A DNA stretch of 64,000 nucleotides from Candidatus Limnocylindrales bacterium (GTDB taxonomy: Bacteria > Chloroflexota > Limnocylindria > Limnocylindrales > CSP1-4), in assembly GCA_046707905.1 (NCBI GenBank), contig JBKKDM010000177.1, forward strand, positions 80,877 through 144,876, given 5' to 3'. Of the stretch, positions 37,897 through 47,495 are shown in pieces. Both the position numbers and the translations under genes were made by a program. Under the pieces are notes generated by a model. The model had not been told where the DNA came from, did no database searches, and saw nothing but the letters and a program-made list of their open reading frames with translations. Positions within the stretch are counted from its first letter, which is position 1. Each line of letters opens with the position of its first letter.

Positions 37897-40037
37897 TCCT
37901 CGACGGCGCGCGCCTCCTCGAGTTGCTGCCGGCAGTATACCGCATTCGGGACGTCGAGCTCGCCAGCCTGCTCGGTGAGCTCCTGACCGCCACGCAGCGC
38001 GCCGAGCTCACAACACTTGAAGGTCAGATCGGCGTACTTGACACGGCCGGCCTGGAGCGTCTCGACGAGCTTCGGGACCAAGCGCAGCGCGGTCCCCTCG
38101 CGGCGCTCCTGAGCATCATTGGCGAGCAGCTCGCCGTCCTTGATGACGATGTGCAGACCCTCTACGACGATCAGTTCGTCGAGACGGCCTCCGCGTGGGC
38201 GCTTCCGTACGTCGGCGACCTGATCGGCTATCGATCCCTGCATGGAAAAGCGCCCGGGCTCACGGCCCGGGCCGAGATCGGGCACACCATCGCCTTCCGC
38301 CGACGCAAGGGCACGGCCTCGATGTTGGAGCAGCTGGCCCGCGACGTGACCGGCTGGGAGGCGCGAGTCGTCGAGTCATTCGCCCTCCTGGCGACCACGC
38401 AGTACATGAACCACTGCCGGCTGGCCAATCGCGTGACGCCCGAGCTGCGGCAGGGTGGCGCCAGGGAACTGGTCGCGACGGCATTCGATCCATTCCCTCG
38501 AACCCTCGATGTGCGGCGCGTTGGCGGGGCTCGCGGCCGCCACAACATTCCCAATGTCGGCATCCACCTGTGGCGGCTTCGCGCCCTCGCGCGCCAGCGG
38601 ATCCCGGTCACGCCCGACCTGACCGACGCCGCGGGCGCACGCTTCTGGGTGGACCAACTTGGCACCGATGTCGCGATGTGGACGCTGCCACAGCGAGAGG
38701 ACGTGATCGAGCACCTAGCAGAGCCGATCAACGTCCCGATACCGATCTCTCGCCGACGCCTAGAAGCGGATCTAGCAAGTGCCCAGGCCGAGCTCTATGG
38801 CGAGGGACGGAGCGTGGCCATTTACGTCAACGGTGTGCTCGAGCCGCTGGCGACCGTGGCGGTTTGCCACCTTGGAGACACGCCGACGGGGTGGGCTCAT
38901 GACGCACCCGCCGGCAAGATCGCGGTCGACCCGGAGCTGGGCCGCATCGCCGTGGCCGCTGACCGCTTGCCACTCCCGGGCCCGCTCACGACCACCTTCC
39001 ATCGGGGCGGCCCGGATGCAGTAGGGGGCGGAGATTACGACCGGTCGCGTTCGTTCACCCCCGCCGCCGCAGGCGTGCCCCTAGTTGGGGTGCCGGACGA
39101 CATCGCCACGGTGCAGGGAGCGATTGATGCGGTCACCGCATTGGGCGGCGGCGTTGTCGAGATCCGGGACAGCCGCCGCTACCCGGAGGCGCTGGCGATC
39201 GACCTGCCCGCGAACGCCACGTTGGAGGTCCGCGCCGCCAATCTGGGCCGCCCGCTGATCGAGCTTCCGACGCCCTGGACGATCCGCGGTGCTCCAGGTA
39301 GCCGGGTCAGCTTGAACGGCTTGCTCGTGACCGGCGACCGTCTCGTGGTTCGCGGGGCGGCCAACCGGTTGGGTGCCTTGACCATCGCGCATTGCGCCCT
39401 CGTGCCCGGTCGCACCCTGACGCACACCGGCGAGCCGGTGACGCCCGGGGCGTCGAGTGTCGGGATCGGGATTCCTGGCGTCGACCTGACCATCTGCGCC
39501 TCGCTGGTCGGGGCCGTACGCGTCCACAACGGATCGAGTGCTCGTGTTGACGGATCGATGCTCGATGCCGGTATCGGCGGGGTCGCCTATGCCGCCTCCG
39601 ACACCGCACCCGGCGACCCGGGCGGCGCCCTCGACATTGAGTCGAGCACGGTGCTGGGACATGTTCGAGTCGACCGGCTGGACGCCTCCAATTCGCTGCT
39701 GTTCGGCACCACGACCGCCGTCCGGACGCAGGACGGTTGCCTGCGTTTCAGCTACGTCGACCCCAGTTCGGTCACTCCCCGCCGGTATCGCTGCCAGCCG
39801 GAGACAGGCCCGGGGGACATCAACGTCCCCCATTTCGAGACCTTGCTCTTCAACGCGCCCGGCTACGGCCGTCTCGCGGGCGGGACGCCTGCCGGCATCG
39901 CGCGGGGATCGGAGGACGAGTCGGAGATCGGCATCTTCCGGCGCCGCTATGAGCCGCAACGCCATGCAGACCTGCAGATCCGATTGGACGAATACCTACG
40001 CGTCGGTCTCGACGCTGGCGTAATCCACGAGTCGTGA
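37893..40037 (+). CDS. P2 gpI-like baseplate / fibre-attachment protein
   Basis: N-terminus MILDGARLLELLPAVYRIRDVELASLLGELL resembles the phage tail protein I (LLP...D) N-terminal motif. ATGA overlap. 714 aa. Confidence 0.55.
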   Translation: MILDGARLLELLPAVYRIRDVELASLLGELLTATQRAELTTLEGQIGVLDTAGLERLDELRDQAQRGPLAALLSIIGEQLAVLDDDVQTLYDDQFVETASAWALPYVGDLIGYRSLHGKAPGLTARAEIGHTIAFRRRKGTASMLEQLARDVTGWEARVVESFALLATTQYMNHCRLANRVTPELRQGGARELVATAFDPFPRTLDVRRVGGARGRHNIPNVGIHLWRLRALARQRIPVTPDLTDAAGARFWVDQLGTDVAMWTLPQREDVIEHLAEPINVPIPISRRRLEADLASAQAELYGEGRSVAIYVNGVLEPLATVAVCHLGDTPTGWAHDAPAGKIAVDPELGRIAVAADRLPLPGPLTTTFHRGGPDAVGGGDYDRSRSFTPAAAGVPLVGVPDDIATVQGAIDAVTALGGGVVEIRDSRRYPEALAIDLPANATLEVRAANLGRPLIELPTPWTIRGAPGSRVSLNGLLVTGDRLVVRGAANRLGALTIAHCALVPGRTLTHTGEPVTPGASSVGIGIPGVDLTICASLVGAVRVHNGSSARVDGSMLDAGIGGVAYAASDTAPGDPGGALDIESSTVLGHVRVDRLDASNSLLFGTTTAVRTQDGCLRFSYVDPSSVTPRRYRCQPETGPGDINVPHFETLLFNAPGYGRLAGGTPAGIARGSEDESEIGIFRRRYEPQRHADLQIRLDEYLRVGLDAGVIHES

Positions 40038-40056
40038 CGGAACGAGAGGGACCAAG

Positions 40057-43000
40057 ATGAGCGCCGATTACAGCCGCTGGCCCGTCAGGACACGAGACTT
40101 CACCCAGGTTCGGCTCCAACAAGGGCGAGTTCTCACGGATGCGGACTGGAACGAGCAGGCCCTCGTCGCGGAGCGACGCGAGCGGTTCGAGACGATGGAT
40201 GGGCTGGGGCGGGCAGTCGTCCCGACGGCGTCTGCGAACGCCTTCGCGATCACGGTCTCGGGCTCCGACCTTTCGATCGGCGTTGGCCGAGCTTACGTCG
40301 ACGGCCTCCTGGTCGAGAACTACGGCACCCCTGGCGCCTTCGATCCGATCACAGCCGAGCGGATGCCGAGCGGGCCGGTGCTCTATTCAACCCAGCCGTG
40401 GCTCCGCAACCCCCCGAACCTGCCGGCTGCCCCGTACGCCGCATACCTCAAGGCTTGGCAGCGAGAGCGAACAGCCGTCGAGGAACCCAGCCTCATCGAA
40501 CAGGCCCTCGGCGTCGACACCGCGGCCAGACTCCAGACGGTCTGGCAGATCAAGACCGTTTCGACCGGGCCGGCCGCGACGTGCGATGACCTCGATGCGC
40601 TGATCGCGGCGGCAGAGCCAGCGGCCGCCGGGCGGCTTACCAACGGGACCGCGGTCGTTCCGGGCCAGCCGGATCCCTGCCGGGTGGTGCCGGGGGGCGG
40701 CTACACGGGGCTCGAGAATCAGCTTTATCGCGTCGAAATCCACCGCGGCGGCGTCGTCGGTGGGGCGGGAGGTGCAACGTTCAAGTGGTCGCGCGACAAC
40801 GCAACCGTATCGGCGCGCGTCGAATCCATCGGGCAGGCCCGAAATCGCCTGGTGGTCGACTCGCTCGGACCGGACGACGTTCTCTCGTTCCACGATGGCG
40901 ACTGGGTTGAGATCCTCGACGACGATCACGAGCTCGGCGCGCTGCCTGGTGAGCTTCGTCAGATCCAGATCGGCGGGGGAATCGACAAGGCCAGTCGAAC
41001 CATCGTGCTGACCGACGCACTCCCGTCCGCCGCGCAGGCCTTCCCGGTCGACGCCCAGCTCCGAACCCTGCCCGATCGCAACACGCGAATCCGCCGCTGG
41101 GACCAGGCAGGCAAGGTCCTGAACTCTGGCGGGGGAACGGTCACAGACCTCGATGCCGCCAACGCCACCGGCGCAATCCTCGTCCCGGCGTCGAACGTCT
41201 CGGTTCTGCTCGAGCACGGGATCGTGGTCCGCTTCTCCACCGAGGGCCAGGGCCGCTTCCGAACGGGCGACTTCTGGCTCTTTGCCGCGCGGACGGCCGA
41301 TGCCAGCGTGGAGGTCCTGGCGGCCGCACCGCCGCTCGGCGTCCACGCGCATTACGCCCCTCTCGCAATCATCGGGCCCAATCCCAGCGACTGCCGCACG
41401 ATCGTCCCGCCTTTGGCCGAGATGGACACGCTCCACTACCTCGGCGGCGACGGGCAGGAGGCCACCCCGTCCTACCTCCAGCCGGCTCCCATCACGCTTC
41501 CGGTCCCGATCGCGGTTGGCGTCAGCCGTGGCAGCCTCCCGGTGGCAGGCCGCACGGTCCGTTTCACCATCGTCGACTTCCCGAACGCGGGCTCGTTGCC
41601 CGGCGCCGCTCAGGGAACGGTCGAGATCGATACGCCGGTGAACGGCATCATCAGTTTGGTCTGGACGCTCGGGTGGGATGGTCGCGAGAGCCAGAAGAAG
41701 CAGGAAGTGGTGGCCGAGCTCCTCGATGGGGTTGGCCAACCGATAGGGCTGCCGATTCGCTTCTCGGCCCGGCTTCGGACCGCCGACCTGGTCGCCTACG
41801 ATCCCGCCGCGTGTGCCGATCTCGCCGGTGCCGGAACCGTGCAGCAAGCGCTGGATGCACTGTGCGGACGCGACCCGGGCGAGGGCTGCTGCCTCATCGT
41901 GCGGCCGGGTGACCGGCTGCCAGCCGCGATCGAGGAGGCGGCCGCGCGCGGGAAGGGACACGCGTGTCTGTGCCTGACGCCCGGCGTCTATGAGCTGTCC
42001 GAGGACGACTCGAACCAGGTGCGGGAAATCCTCGGGCAGGTGCTGACGCTCACCATCGGCGGTCGCGGCGCACAGATCCTTCTCGGCGCTCCACTCGTCA
42101 TCGAGGGCCTCCAGGCTCTCGATATCCGCGAAGTCCAGATCGCCAACGCGACCGAACAGCTCGACGTCGTGCTCGACATCGTCGGCTGCGGCTCCGTCAC
42201 GCTCGACGGCATCGAAGCCAATCTGACCAATGGCTCCGAGGATTCTCGGGTCGTTCGGATGGCCAGCCCGGAAGCTGGGGAAGCCCCGCCCGCCATCAGG
42301 ATTCGGAACTGCACCATCCAACACGGGAAGCGCGTTCGACGGTTCCCTCGTGAGGAGATCGTCGGGGAGCTTCCCGCGACCATCCGGGCGATGGTCCTCA
42401 TGGCTCGCTCCGAATCGCCGGCCGGCGACACGGTGAGTGAATTCCGAAACCTGATGGACCAGCCCGAGGAGCGCCGTGTCGCTGACGCGGACATGCTCGA
42501 CGCTCTTGCGACTGAGCATCGCGACTTGCTCGATGTCACGACGAATCGTGCCATCAACCGTCTTAGCTCGACGGTCCGTGAAGGCCGCAGCCTGCCGCTC
42601 TCCCGCCTGACGACGCTCCTGGATCGAGCGCGCCTCGTCGGCGACCGCTTTATCCGTGAGTTCGACGCCGGGACGGCCGTGGAGATCGTCGACGGCCGAA
42701 GCGACGTCTGGCTCGATAGCAACCAGCTGCGCGGCAAGGTCATGGTCTATGGCTCCGGCGCACGCCCGGACGCTGAAGCCCGGTTGCAGGAGGTTCTGGA
42801 GGGCATCGACTGGTTCGGGATTGAACCCGGTGCCATGCAGGTTCTTCCGCCCGGGGTCGCAGGACTCCGGCTTTCGAAGAACACGCTGGCTCGTATCACG
42901 ATCGGCGGAGATGGCGTCGAGGCGTTCCTCCGCTTCCTGGAGACGCGCGAGTTTCCGGACGGGCTGCTGTTCGACTCTGTCGTGCTCGACGGCAACGACA

Positions 43001-43215
43001 TGTCCGACCCTCGCCAGGCCGTCCTCGGCCAGCTGGTCTCGCTCGCATCGAACACGATCGGCGGTGGACGAGGCGCCTCAATGGGCTTTGCCTGTGGCAA
43101 CGTCGCGACCATGAGCGGAAACATCGGGACGAATGGCGAATTCCTGCTGGCGGCCTGGGAGAGCGCCGAAGCCGCCAACCGCCGCATGAAGATCCATCCC
43201 GGAACCCATCCGTGA
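40057..43215 (+). CDS. Large tail-fibre / receptor-binding-like protein
   Basis: 1052 aa. N-terminal motif VRLQQGRVLTDADWNEQ, recalled (not checked) as recurrent in eCIS-associated fibre-like proteins. Gly-rich beta-rich body. Last structural gene before cargo. Confidence 0.5.
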   Translation: MSADYSRWPVRTRDFTQVRLQQGRVLTDADWNEQALVAERRERFETMDGLGRAVVPTASANAFAITVSGSDLSIGVGRAYVDGLLVENYGTPGAFDPITAERMPSGPVLYSTQPWLRNPPNLPAAPYAAYLKAWQRERTAVEEPSLIEQALGVDTAARLQTVWQIKTVSTGPAATCDDLDALIAAAEPAAAGRLTNGTAVVPGQPDPCRVVPGGGYTGLENQLYRVEIHRGGVVGGAGGATFKWSRDNATVSARVESIGQARNRLVVDSLGPDDVLSFHDGDWVEILDDDHELGALPGELRQIQIGGGIDKASRTIVLTDALPSAAQAFPVDAQLRTLPDRNTRIRRWDQAGKVLNSGGGTVTDLDAANATGAILVPASNVSVLLEHGIVVRFSTEGQGRFRTGDFWLFAARTADASVEVLAAAPPLGVHAHYAPLAIIGPNPSDCRTIVPPLAEMDTLHYLGGDGQEATPSYLQPAPITLPVPIAVGVSRGSLPVAGRTVRFTIVDFPNAGSLPGAAQGTVEIDTPVNGIISLVWTLGWDGRESQKKQEVVAELLDGVGQPIGLPIRFSARLRTADLVAYDPAACADLAGAGTVQQALDALCGRDPGEGCCLIVRPGDRLPAAIEEAAARGKGHACLCLTPGVYELSEDDSNQVREILGQVLTLTIGGRGAQILLGAPLVIEGLQALDIREVQIANATEQLDVVLDIVGCGSVTLDGIEANLTNGSEDSRVVRMASPEAGEAPPAIRIRNCTIQHGKRVRRFPREEIVGELPATIRAMVLMARSESPAGDTVSEFRNLMDQPEERRVADADMLDALATEHRDLLDVTTNRAINRLSSTVREGRSLPLSRLTTLLDRARLVGDRFIREFDAGTAVEIVDGRSDVWLDSNQLRGKVMVYGSGARPDAEARLQEVLEGIDWFGIEPGAMQVLPPGVAGLRLSKNTLARITIGGDGVEAFLRFLETREFPDGLLFDSVVLDGNDMSDPRQAVLGQLVSLASNTIGGGRGASMGFACGNVATMSGNIGTNGEFLLAAWESAEAANRRMKIHPGTHP

Positions 43216-43231
43216 GTCTGATGTAAGGGCG

Positions 43232-44764
43232 ATGGCGCAAGGTCCCTGGCGCCGGTCGACGAGGTCGCGCAGCTCCCCGCAAGAGCGGCAGGCTGACGCG
43301 ATCGCGGCGATGGTGTCTCGGGCAGATTCGAAGCCCTCATCTGCGCACCGCTCGCGGCAGGGCTTGCCGGCCGTGCTCGCCGGTCGGCTCCGTTCCGCCA
43401 CGGGCTACGACTTCTCCGGCATCCGAGTGCATGCCGGCAGCCAAAGCGCGTCCGAGGCCCGGCGCTTGGGGGCCAGGGCCTTCACGGTGGGCCGAAACGT
43501 CCATCTCGGCAGCGAGGCTGCGACCGATCAGGAAACGCTGTTGGCCCACGAGGCCGTGCACGCGGCCCAGCAGGGAAGCGTGCCGCAGGCCACGGCCTGG
43601 GGCGGACCGTCGACCACGCTGCTGAGGAGCGAGCCGAACATCCCACAGCTCACTCCGGGCGTGGACGCGACCGACAGCTGGCGCGACCTCGTCCGGCAGG
43701 AGGCGTTCATTCCGGACGAACCCACGCTGCGGGCTCGCGGGACCTCGGCCCGCGACCGCTTCCTACAGGCGCGCGAGGGCCAGCGATTGATCAACAACCT
43801 ATGGCAAGCCTCGAATCGAGGCAGGGCCAGTCCTCGTTTCGGCTTGGGTGTCGCGTTCCGAACGCAACTTCCGCCGCAAACTGATGGCCTCGATGCGAGT
43901 GGCTATTTCGAGCCCAACTCCCCGAGCGCTGGGCGCTATACCGTCCACGTCAAGGATGTGCTGCCCCCGATCTCAGGGTCGTTCCGTGTCGGCGGCATCA
44001 CGGGTGAGGGCGTTGGGTACGCGCATACGGATCCCGAATCTGATATGGCCGCCACACTCCACCACGAGCTGGAGCACGTGGAATTCGTTCGAACCGGGGC
44101 CGGAACGATCTGGCCGACCGGACATGGCGACGTCAGCAAGGGTGAAGTCGAGCCTGCCTTTCGTGAGCGCATCGCCGCATTTCAGGGCGACCTGGATGCG
44201 ATCGAGCGGCGTATCCGCGCAGACGCCGTGGCGCGAAACCAGGAGCCGATAGCCGCGGCTCCGGCAACCCGGGACGTCGCGCCGGCCAGGTCCGCGTCAA
44301 CGCCGTCCGATCAGCCGTTCGTGGGCTTCAGGTTGAGTGGCGAGGCCGGTTTGGCCGGTCAGGACGGTCGCCGTTTCGCCGGCGTGGCTGGTGCAGACCT
44401 TGTCCTCGGTCGAATCAGCTCCCTGAATCTCGGCGCGAGAGGCGTGTACTTGACGCCAGATCGCCTCTTCGCCGGTGGTGCCGTTGGCATTCGGTTCGGC
44501 CAATCGGCAGGTGACAGAGCAGGTCAGCGCGTCGAGAATCCGCTCTTCTTCGACATCGAAGCCGGCGTCGTAGGTCAACTCAACGCGACGGAAGCCTCTC
44601 GTGTAATGGATCGCGTCGGACTGTTCGGTTCGGCCGGAGTCGGCCAGGAATACGGGACGTCGGGCAACCGCTTCTTCTGGCGGCTCGGCGGCTTTGTGAT
44701 CGTCTCGGATCGGGGCAATGCATCGGGCGGTGGGACTGCGGGAATCGGTGTGCGGTTCCAATAG
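43232..44764 (+). CDS. DUF4157-domain protein (eCIS cargo/toxin candidate 2) with second HExxH and Gly/aromatic-rich C-terminus
   Basis: DUF4157 signature LAGRLRSATGYDFSGIRVHAGSQSASEARRLGARAFTVGRNVHLGSE...LAHEAVHAAQQ. Second zincin-like motif ATLHHELEHVEF. C-terminal 150 aa rich in G/F/R with alternating hydrophobics (beta-rich). Confidence 0.75.
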   Translation: MAQGPWRRSTRSRSSPQERQADAIAAMVSRADSKPSSAHRSRQGLPAVLAGRLRSATGYDFSGIRVHAGSQSASEARRLGARAFTVGRNVHLGSEAATDQETLLAHEAVHAAQQGSVPQATAWGGPSTTLLRSEPNIPQLTPGVDATDSWRDLVRQEAFIPDEPTLRARGTSARDRFLQAREGQRLINNLWQASNRGRASPRFGLGVAFRTQLPPQTDGLDASGYFEPNSPSAGRYTVHVKDVLPPISGSFRVGGITGEGVGYAHTDPESDMAATLHHELEHVEFVRTGAGTIWPTGHGDVSKGEVEPAFRERIAAFQGDLDAIERRIRADAVARNQEPIAAAPATRDVAPARSASTPSDQPFVGFRLSGEAGLAGQDGRRFAGVAGADLVLGRISSLNLGARGVYLTPDRLFAGGAVGIRFGQSAGDRAGQRVENPLFFDIEAGVVGQLNATEASRVMDRVGLFGSAGVGQEYGTSGNRFFWRLGGFVIVSDRGNASGGGTAGIGVRFQ

Positions 44765-44776
44765 ACTCGCGGCGCC

Positions 44777-45715
44777 TCACGGGTTGGCGGGCGGGGTCGT
44801 GGGGGGTAACGCTGTTCCTGTAGCCGTCTGTCCGGGCGGAGGTGCAGGAACCTCTTCCTCGGGCTTCGCGGTGGGCGCGACCGAAGGTAGGTTCTCCGTG
44901 CCTGCCCCGGCAGATCCGCTGACCGCGGGATGGTCCGGACCGTTGGACACGGGCGCACCCGCGACCCCGGACCCCGCCCTCGAATCGCTCCGAGCGCCGT
45001 CTCGGCGGTGAAGGCCGACCGCCTTACCTAGGCTACTCAGACGGCTCGACGCGTCGGGGACCTGGCCGCGGATTCCGCGCACAGCGTCTTCCAGTACCTC
45101 TTCACCCACGAAGTTCATCAGGAGCAACCCCAGGTTCAGGACCTTGGCTTGCGGCGGGATGTCCGAGTCGGATACGAGCTGCTTGATCTGGTCGCCGATG
45201 GCCTTCTGGTCCTCGAAGGTGAGGTTCTGCATCAGCATGATCGAGAACGCGGGAAGCGACTTGTAGATCGTGTCGAAATCGAGGTCGCCCATGATCCGCA
45301 CAACCTGCTCCGCACGATCACTTGCTCGCTTGCGATCGACTCCACGATCTGTTGCCCCAAGGAGAATCTGCAGAAAGGCAACCGGGCCGACGCCAACGTC
45401 GGTATTGCCGACCCTGACGACGAACAGCGATGTGCGAAAAATCGCCATCGCCCCGAAACCCGCGCCGAGAATCCGGAGGAGGCGCTGTGCCTCGGGCGTG
45501 GCCGTACCGCCCGGGGTCCACCCAAAGGTCAGCAATGCCACCAACGCAAACAGGCTCGCGAATCCATTGATAGCGACGTAGAGCATTGCGGATCGCGTCT
45601 GAATCGCTCGCCTGGGCTCGTCCCGATAGCGGGCGACCAGCTCGCCGACGCCGACGATACTTCCGATCAAGAAGACGATGATTCCGTCAATGGTCGGTTC
45701 CGCGAGCAGGTTCAT
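44777..45715 (-). CDS. Membrane hypothetical protein with Pro/Ala-rich C-terminal tail
   Basis: Start MNLLAEPTIDGIIVFLIGSIVGVG. Multiple TM helices. Convergent with cargo gene 2. Confidence 0.45.
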   Translation of the reverse strand: MNLLAEPTIDGIIVFLIGSIVGVGELVARYRDEPRRAIQTRSAMLYVAINGFASLFALVALLTFGWTPGGTATPEAQRLLRILGAGFGAMAIFRTSLFVVRVGNTDVGVGPVAFLQILLGATDRGVDRKRASDRAEQVVRIMGDLDFDTIYKSLPAFSIMLMQNLTFEDQKAIGDQIKQLVSDSDIPPQAKVLNLGLLLMNFVGEEVLEDAVRGIRGQVPDASSRLSSLGKAVGLHRRDGARSDSRAGSGVAGAPVSNGPDHPAVSGSAGAGTENLPSVAPTAKPEEEVPAPPPGQTATGTALPPTTPPANP

Positions 45716-45862
45716 GGCTGCGCTCCCTTGCTGCTTGGGCGAGCAACGCCAGCAGTATTCCCCGGCCCGCAACCAGAATCCATATCCTTGCCGACCTTCC
45801 GGCCGGCGGCCAATGACGTGCGCCTCGATTCATTCGAGACAGGACTGCGGGAATAGCGCATC

Positions 45863-46351
45863 ATGAACCCGTATTTGGCTAGGCGACTGGCGAGGAGAGA
45901 AATGGACGCAGGTCGAAGCCGATCGAGAGATGTCGTTGGGACGTTTCTTGACACCGTGGGCGACTCGAGATCAGCGTCGCAGACCCGTCCCCCCTCGACC
46001 AGCTCATGGCCCTCAGCAGAGCCGACCAGCGAGGCTCCCGCCGCCATCGACGACGGGTCCGAGTTCGAGGCGGAGTCCGAGACCGAGACTTCGTCCGCCG
46101 ACGCGGCCGAGCGCGTTGAGCCGATGCGGCCGTCGGCCCCATCGATTGTTGGCACCGTACTTGGTCGCCTGACCGATCGCGACCACCTGTTGATCACGGA
46201 ACTGGCCGCCGAACTCGACGTTTCGATCCTCGAGATCGCGAACGTCCTAGAAAAGCTCAACTCCGCGGGCTTGATTGAGATTGGCGGCACGCCAGGTCGA
46301 GAAATGGTCCGCCTGACTGAGTCGGGCCGAACCGTGGCGGGCCTCTCCTGA
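45863..46351 (+). CDS. Putative winged-helix transcriptional regulator with acidic N-terminal region
   Basis: C-terminal LGRLTDRDHLLITELAAELDVSILEIANVLEKLNSAGLIEIG resembles a MarR/wHTH recognition helix and wing. Confidence 0.4.
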   Translation: MNPYLARRLARREMDAGRSRSRDVVGTFLDTVGDSRSASQTRPPSTSSWPSAEPTSEAPAAIDDGSEFEAESETETSSADAAERVEPMRPSAPSIVGTVLGRLTDRDHLLITELAAELDVSILEIANVLEKLNSAGLIEIGGTPGREMVRLTESGRTVAGLS

Positions 46352-46443
46352 CGAGTTCGGCATGAGGACGGTTGATCAGCCGTCGACGATGCGGATCGCC
46401 CGAATGTTCCTCTGGCTACGAGCTTTTCCGCAGGCAAGGTGAG

Positions 46444-46629
46444 CTACTGACTTGGGTCGATCACGCCGCCTTTGGACGTGTCGCTCAGATCGTCATTGCG
46501 CGTGACCTCGTCGCGCTCATCGCTGCCGGCCTTCTTGCTGTGCTCGGGCTTGTTCCACCACTGCTTGACCCTGTCGCGAGCCTCATCGGCCCGCACCGGC
46601 CCCTCGCCGTCCTGGTCGTCTGACGGGCT
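46444..46629 (-). CDS. Small acidic hypothetical protein (61 aa)
   Basis: Start MSPSDDQDG, overlapping the stop of the upstream gene on the minus strand (start/stop coupling). Confidence 0.3.
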   Translation of the reverse strand, partial: SPSDDQDGEGPVRADEARDRVKQWWNKPEHSKKAGSDERDEVTRNDDLSDTSKGGVIDPSQ

Positions 46630-47435
46630 CATCTGGACAACCTCTCTCCGGCAAGAAATCCGGTGCCGTTTTCGTGCTCGATCCGGTGCCAGCCGAATGC
46701 GACCGTGCCGTCGGCCCGCTTCCACGGGCCGCCGACCTCCGTTGCGATGACGGAGTAGCTCTGCCCGAGGACCACCGGTCCGAGATCGGGCCCGTCAGTG
46801 AATGGCGTTTCTCGAATCCTGCCGTTCATCTTGCCGAATCGCGTCACGCCTTCTGTGTCTGTGCCGACGAGGGTGTTGATCCTCCCGCCGCCCCGGGCTT
46901 CGGCGGCCCTGAAGAGCAGCGAAGCGCTCCACCATCGGTAGCCTCGGCTCGTTCCCGGGTCCTCGACTTGGAATTCGCCGTGGCCCTTCGCCGTCAGCTC
47001 GCGCTCGCACTCGCAAGCGCCATTCGTGCGCCACGCGTACTCGTTGACGTAGACCGTGTGGCAGCCCTTGAACGTGCCCGTTGCCCGCTTGGTCCCGACG
47101 GTCACCGTGCAGTCGAGCGAAATGCAGAACGCGCGACCCGAGGCTGCCATGTCGCGCACCTGGCTCCGCTCCAGGCCATAGCGCGGCCTGAGGATGATCG
47201 CATTGTCTGTCTCGTCGGCGACCGCCGAGGCGGCCTGGTCGTAGGTGACGCCACCGTCCTTGTCTCCGGTGCGCTTGCGGAGGACCGGGGCCGGGATGCG
47301 TAGCCTGCCGACCGTCACGCGACCGATCAGTTCAGTGCAGGCCGCCAGCACACAGTTCTCCCATTGAAACTTCGATCCGTCGCCCTGAAAGTAAGGTTCA
47401 TCACGGAATGGGGTCGTTCCCGGGGCGGGTGGCAT
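46629..47435 (-). CDS. Hypothetical protein (Cys-rich, 268 aa)
   Basis: Protein-like ORF with several Cys residues (CVLAAC, CISLDC, CECERE). No recognised motif. Confidence 0.45.
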   Translation of the reverse strand: MPPAPGTTPFRDEPYFQGDGSKFQWENCVLAACTELIGRVTVGRLRIPAPVLRKRTGDKDGGVTYDQAASAVADETDNAIILRPRYGLERSQVRDMAASGRAFCISLDCTVTVGTKRATGTFKGCHTVYVNEYAWRTNGACECERELTAKGHGEFQVEDPGTSRGYRWWSASLLFRAAEARGGGRINTLVGTDTEGVTRFGKMNGRIRETPFTDGPDLGPVVLGQSYSVIATEVGGPWKRADGTVAFGWHRIEHENGTGFLAGERLSR

Positions 47436-47495
47436 GGCTCCCTCTCCTCAATGTTTCACATGGGCCCCGGCGAGCTGACGGATCCGCGCTCCCTT

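Larger units (their letters stand above)
18826..43215 (+). other. Extracellular contractile injection system (eCIS / phage-tail-like particle) structural operon
   Basis: Co-directional tightly packed genes for sheath, tube, DUF4255, AAA ATPase, LysM, gpD, gpV, PAAR-like, gp25, two baseplate-J, gpI-like and fibre-like proteins. Start/stop overlaps run throughout. Confidence 0.85.

Noticed and set aside
40387-42519. 710-aa minus-strand ORF antisense to the fibre-like gene
   Set aside because: Same reasoning: the sense strand carries a coherent large structural protein, and the antisense product is low-complexity.
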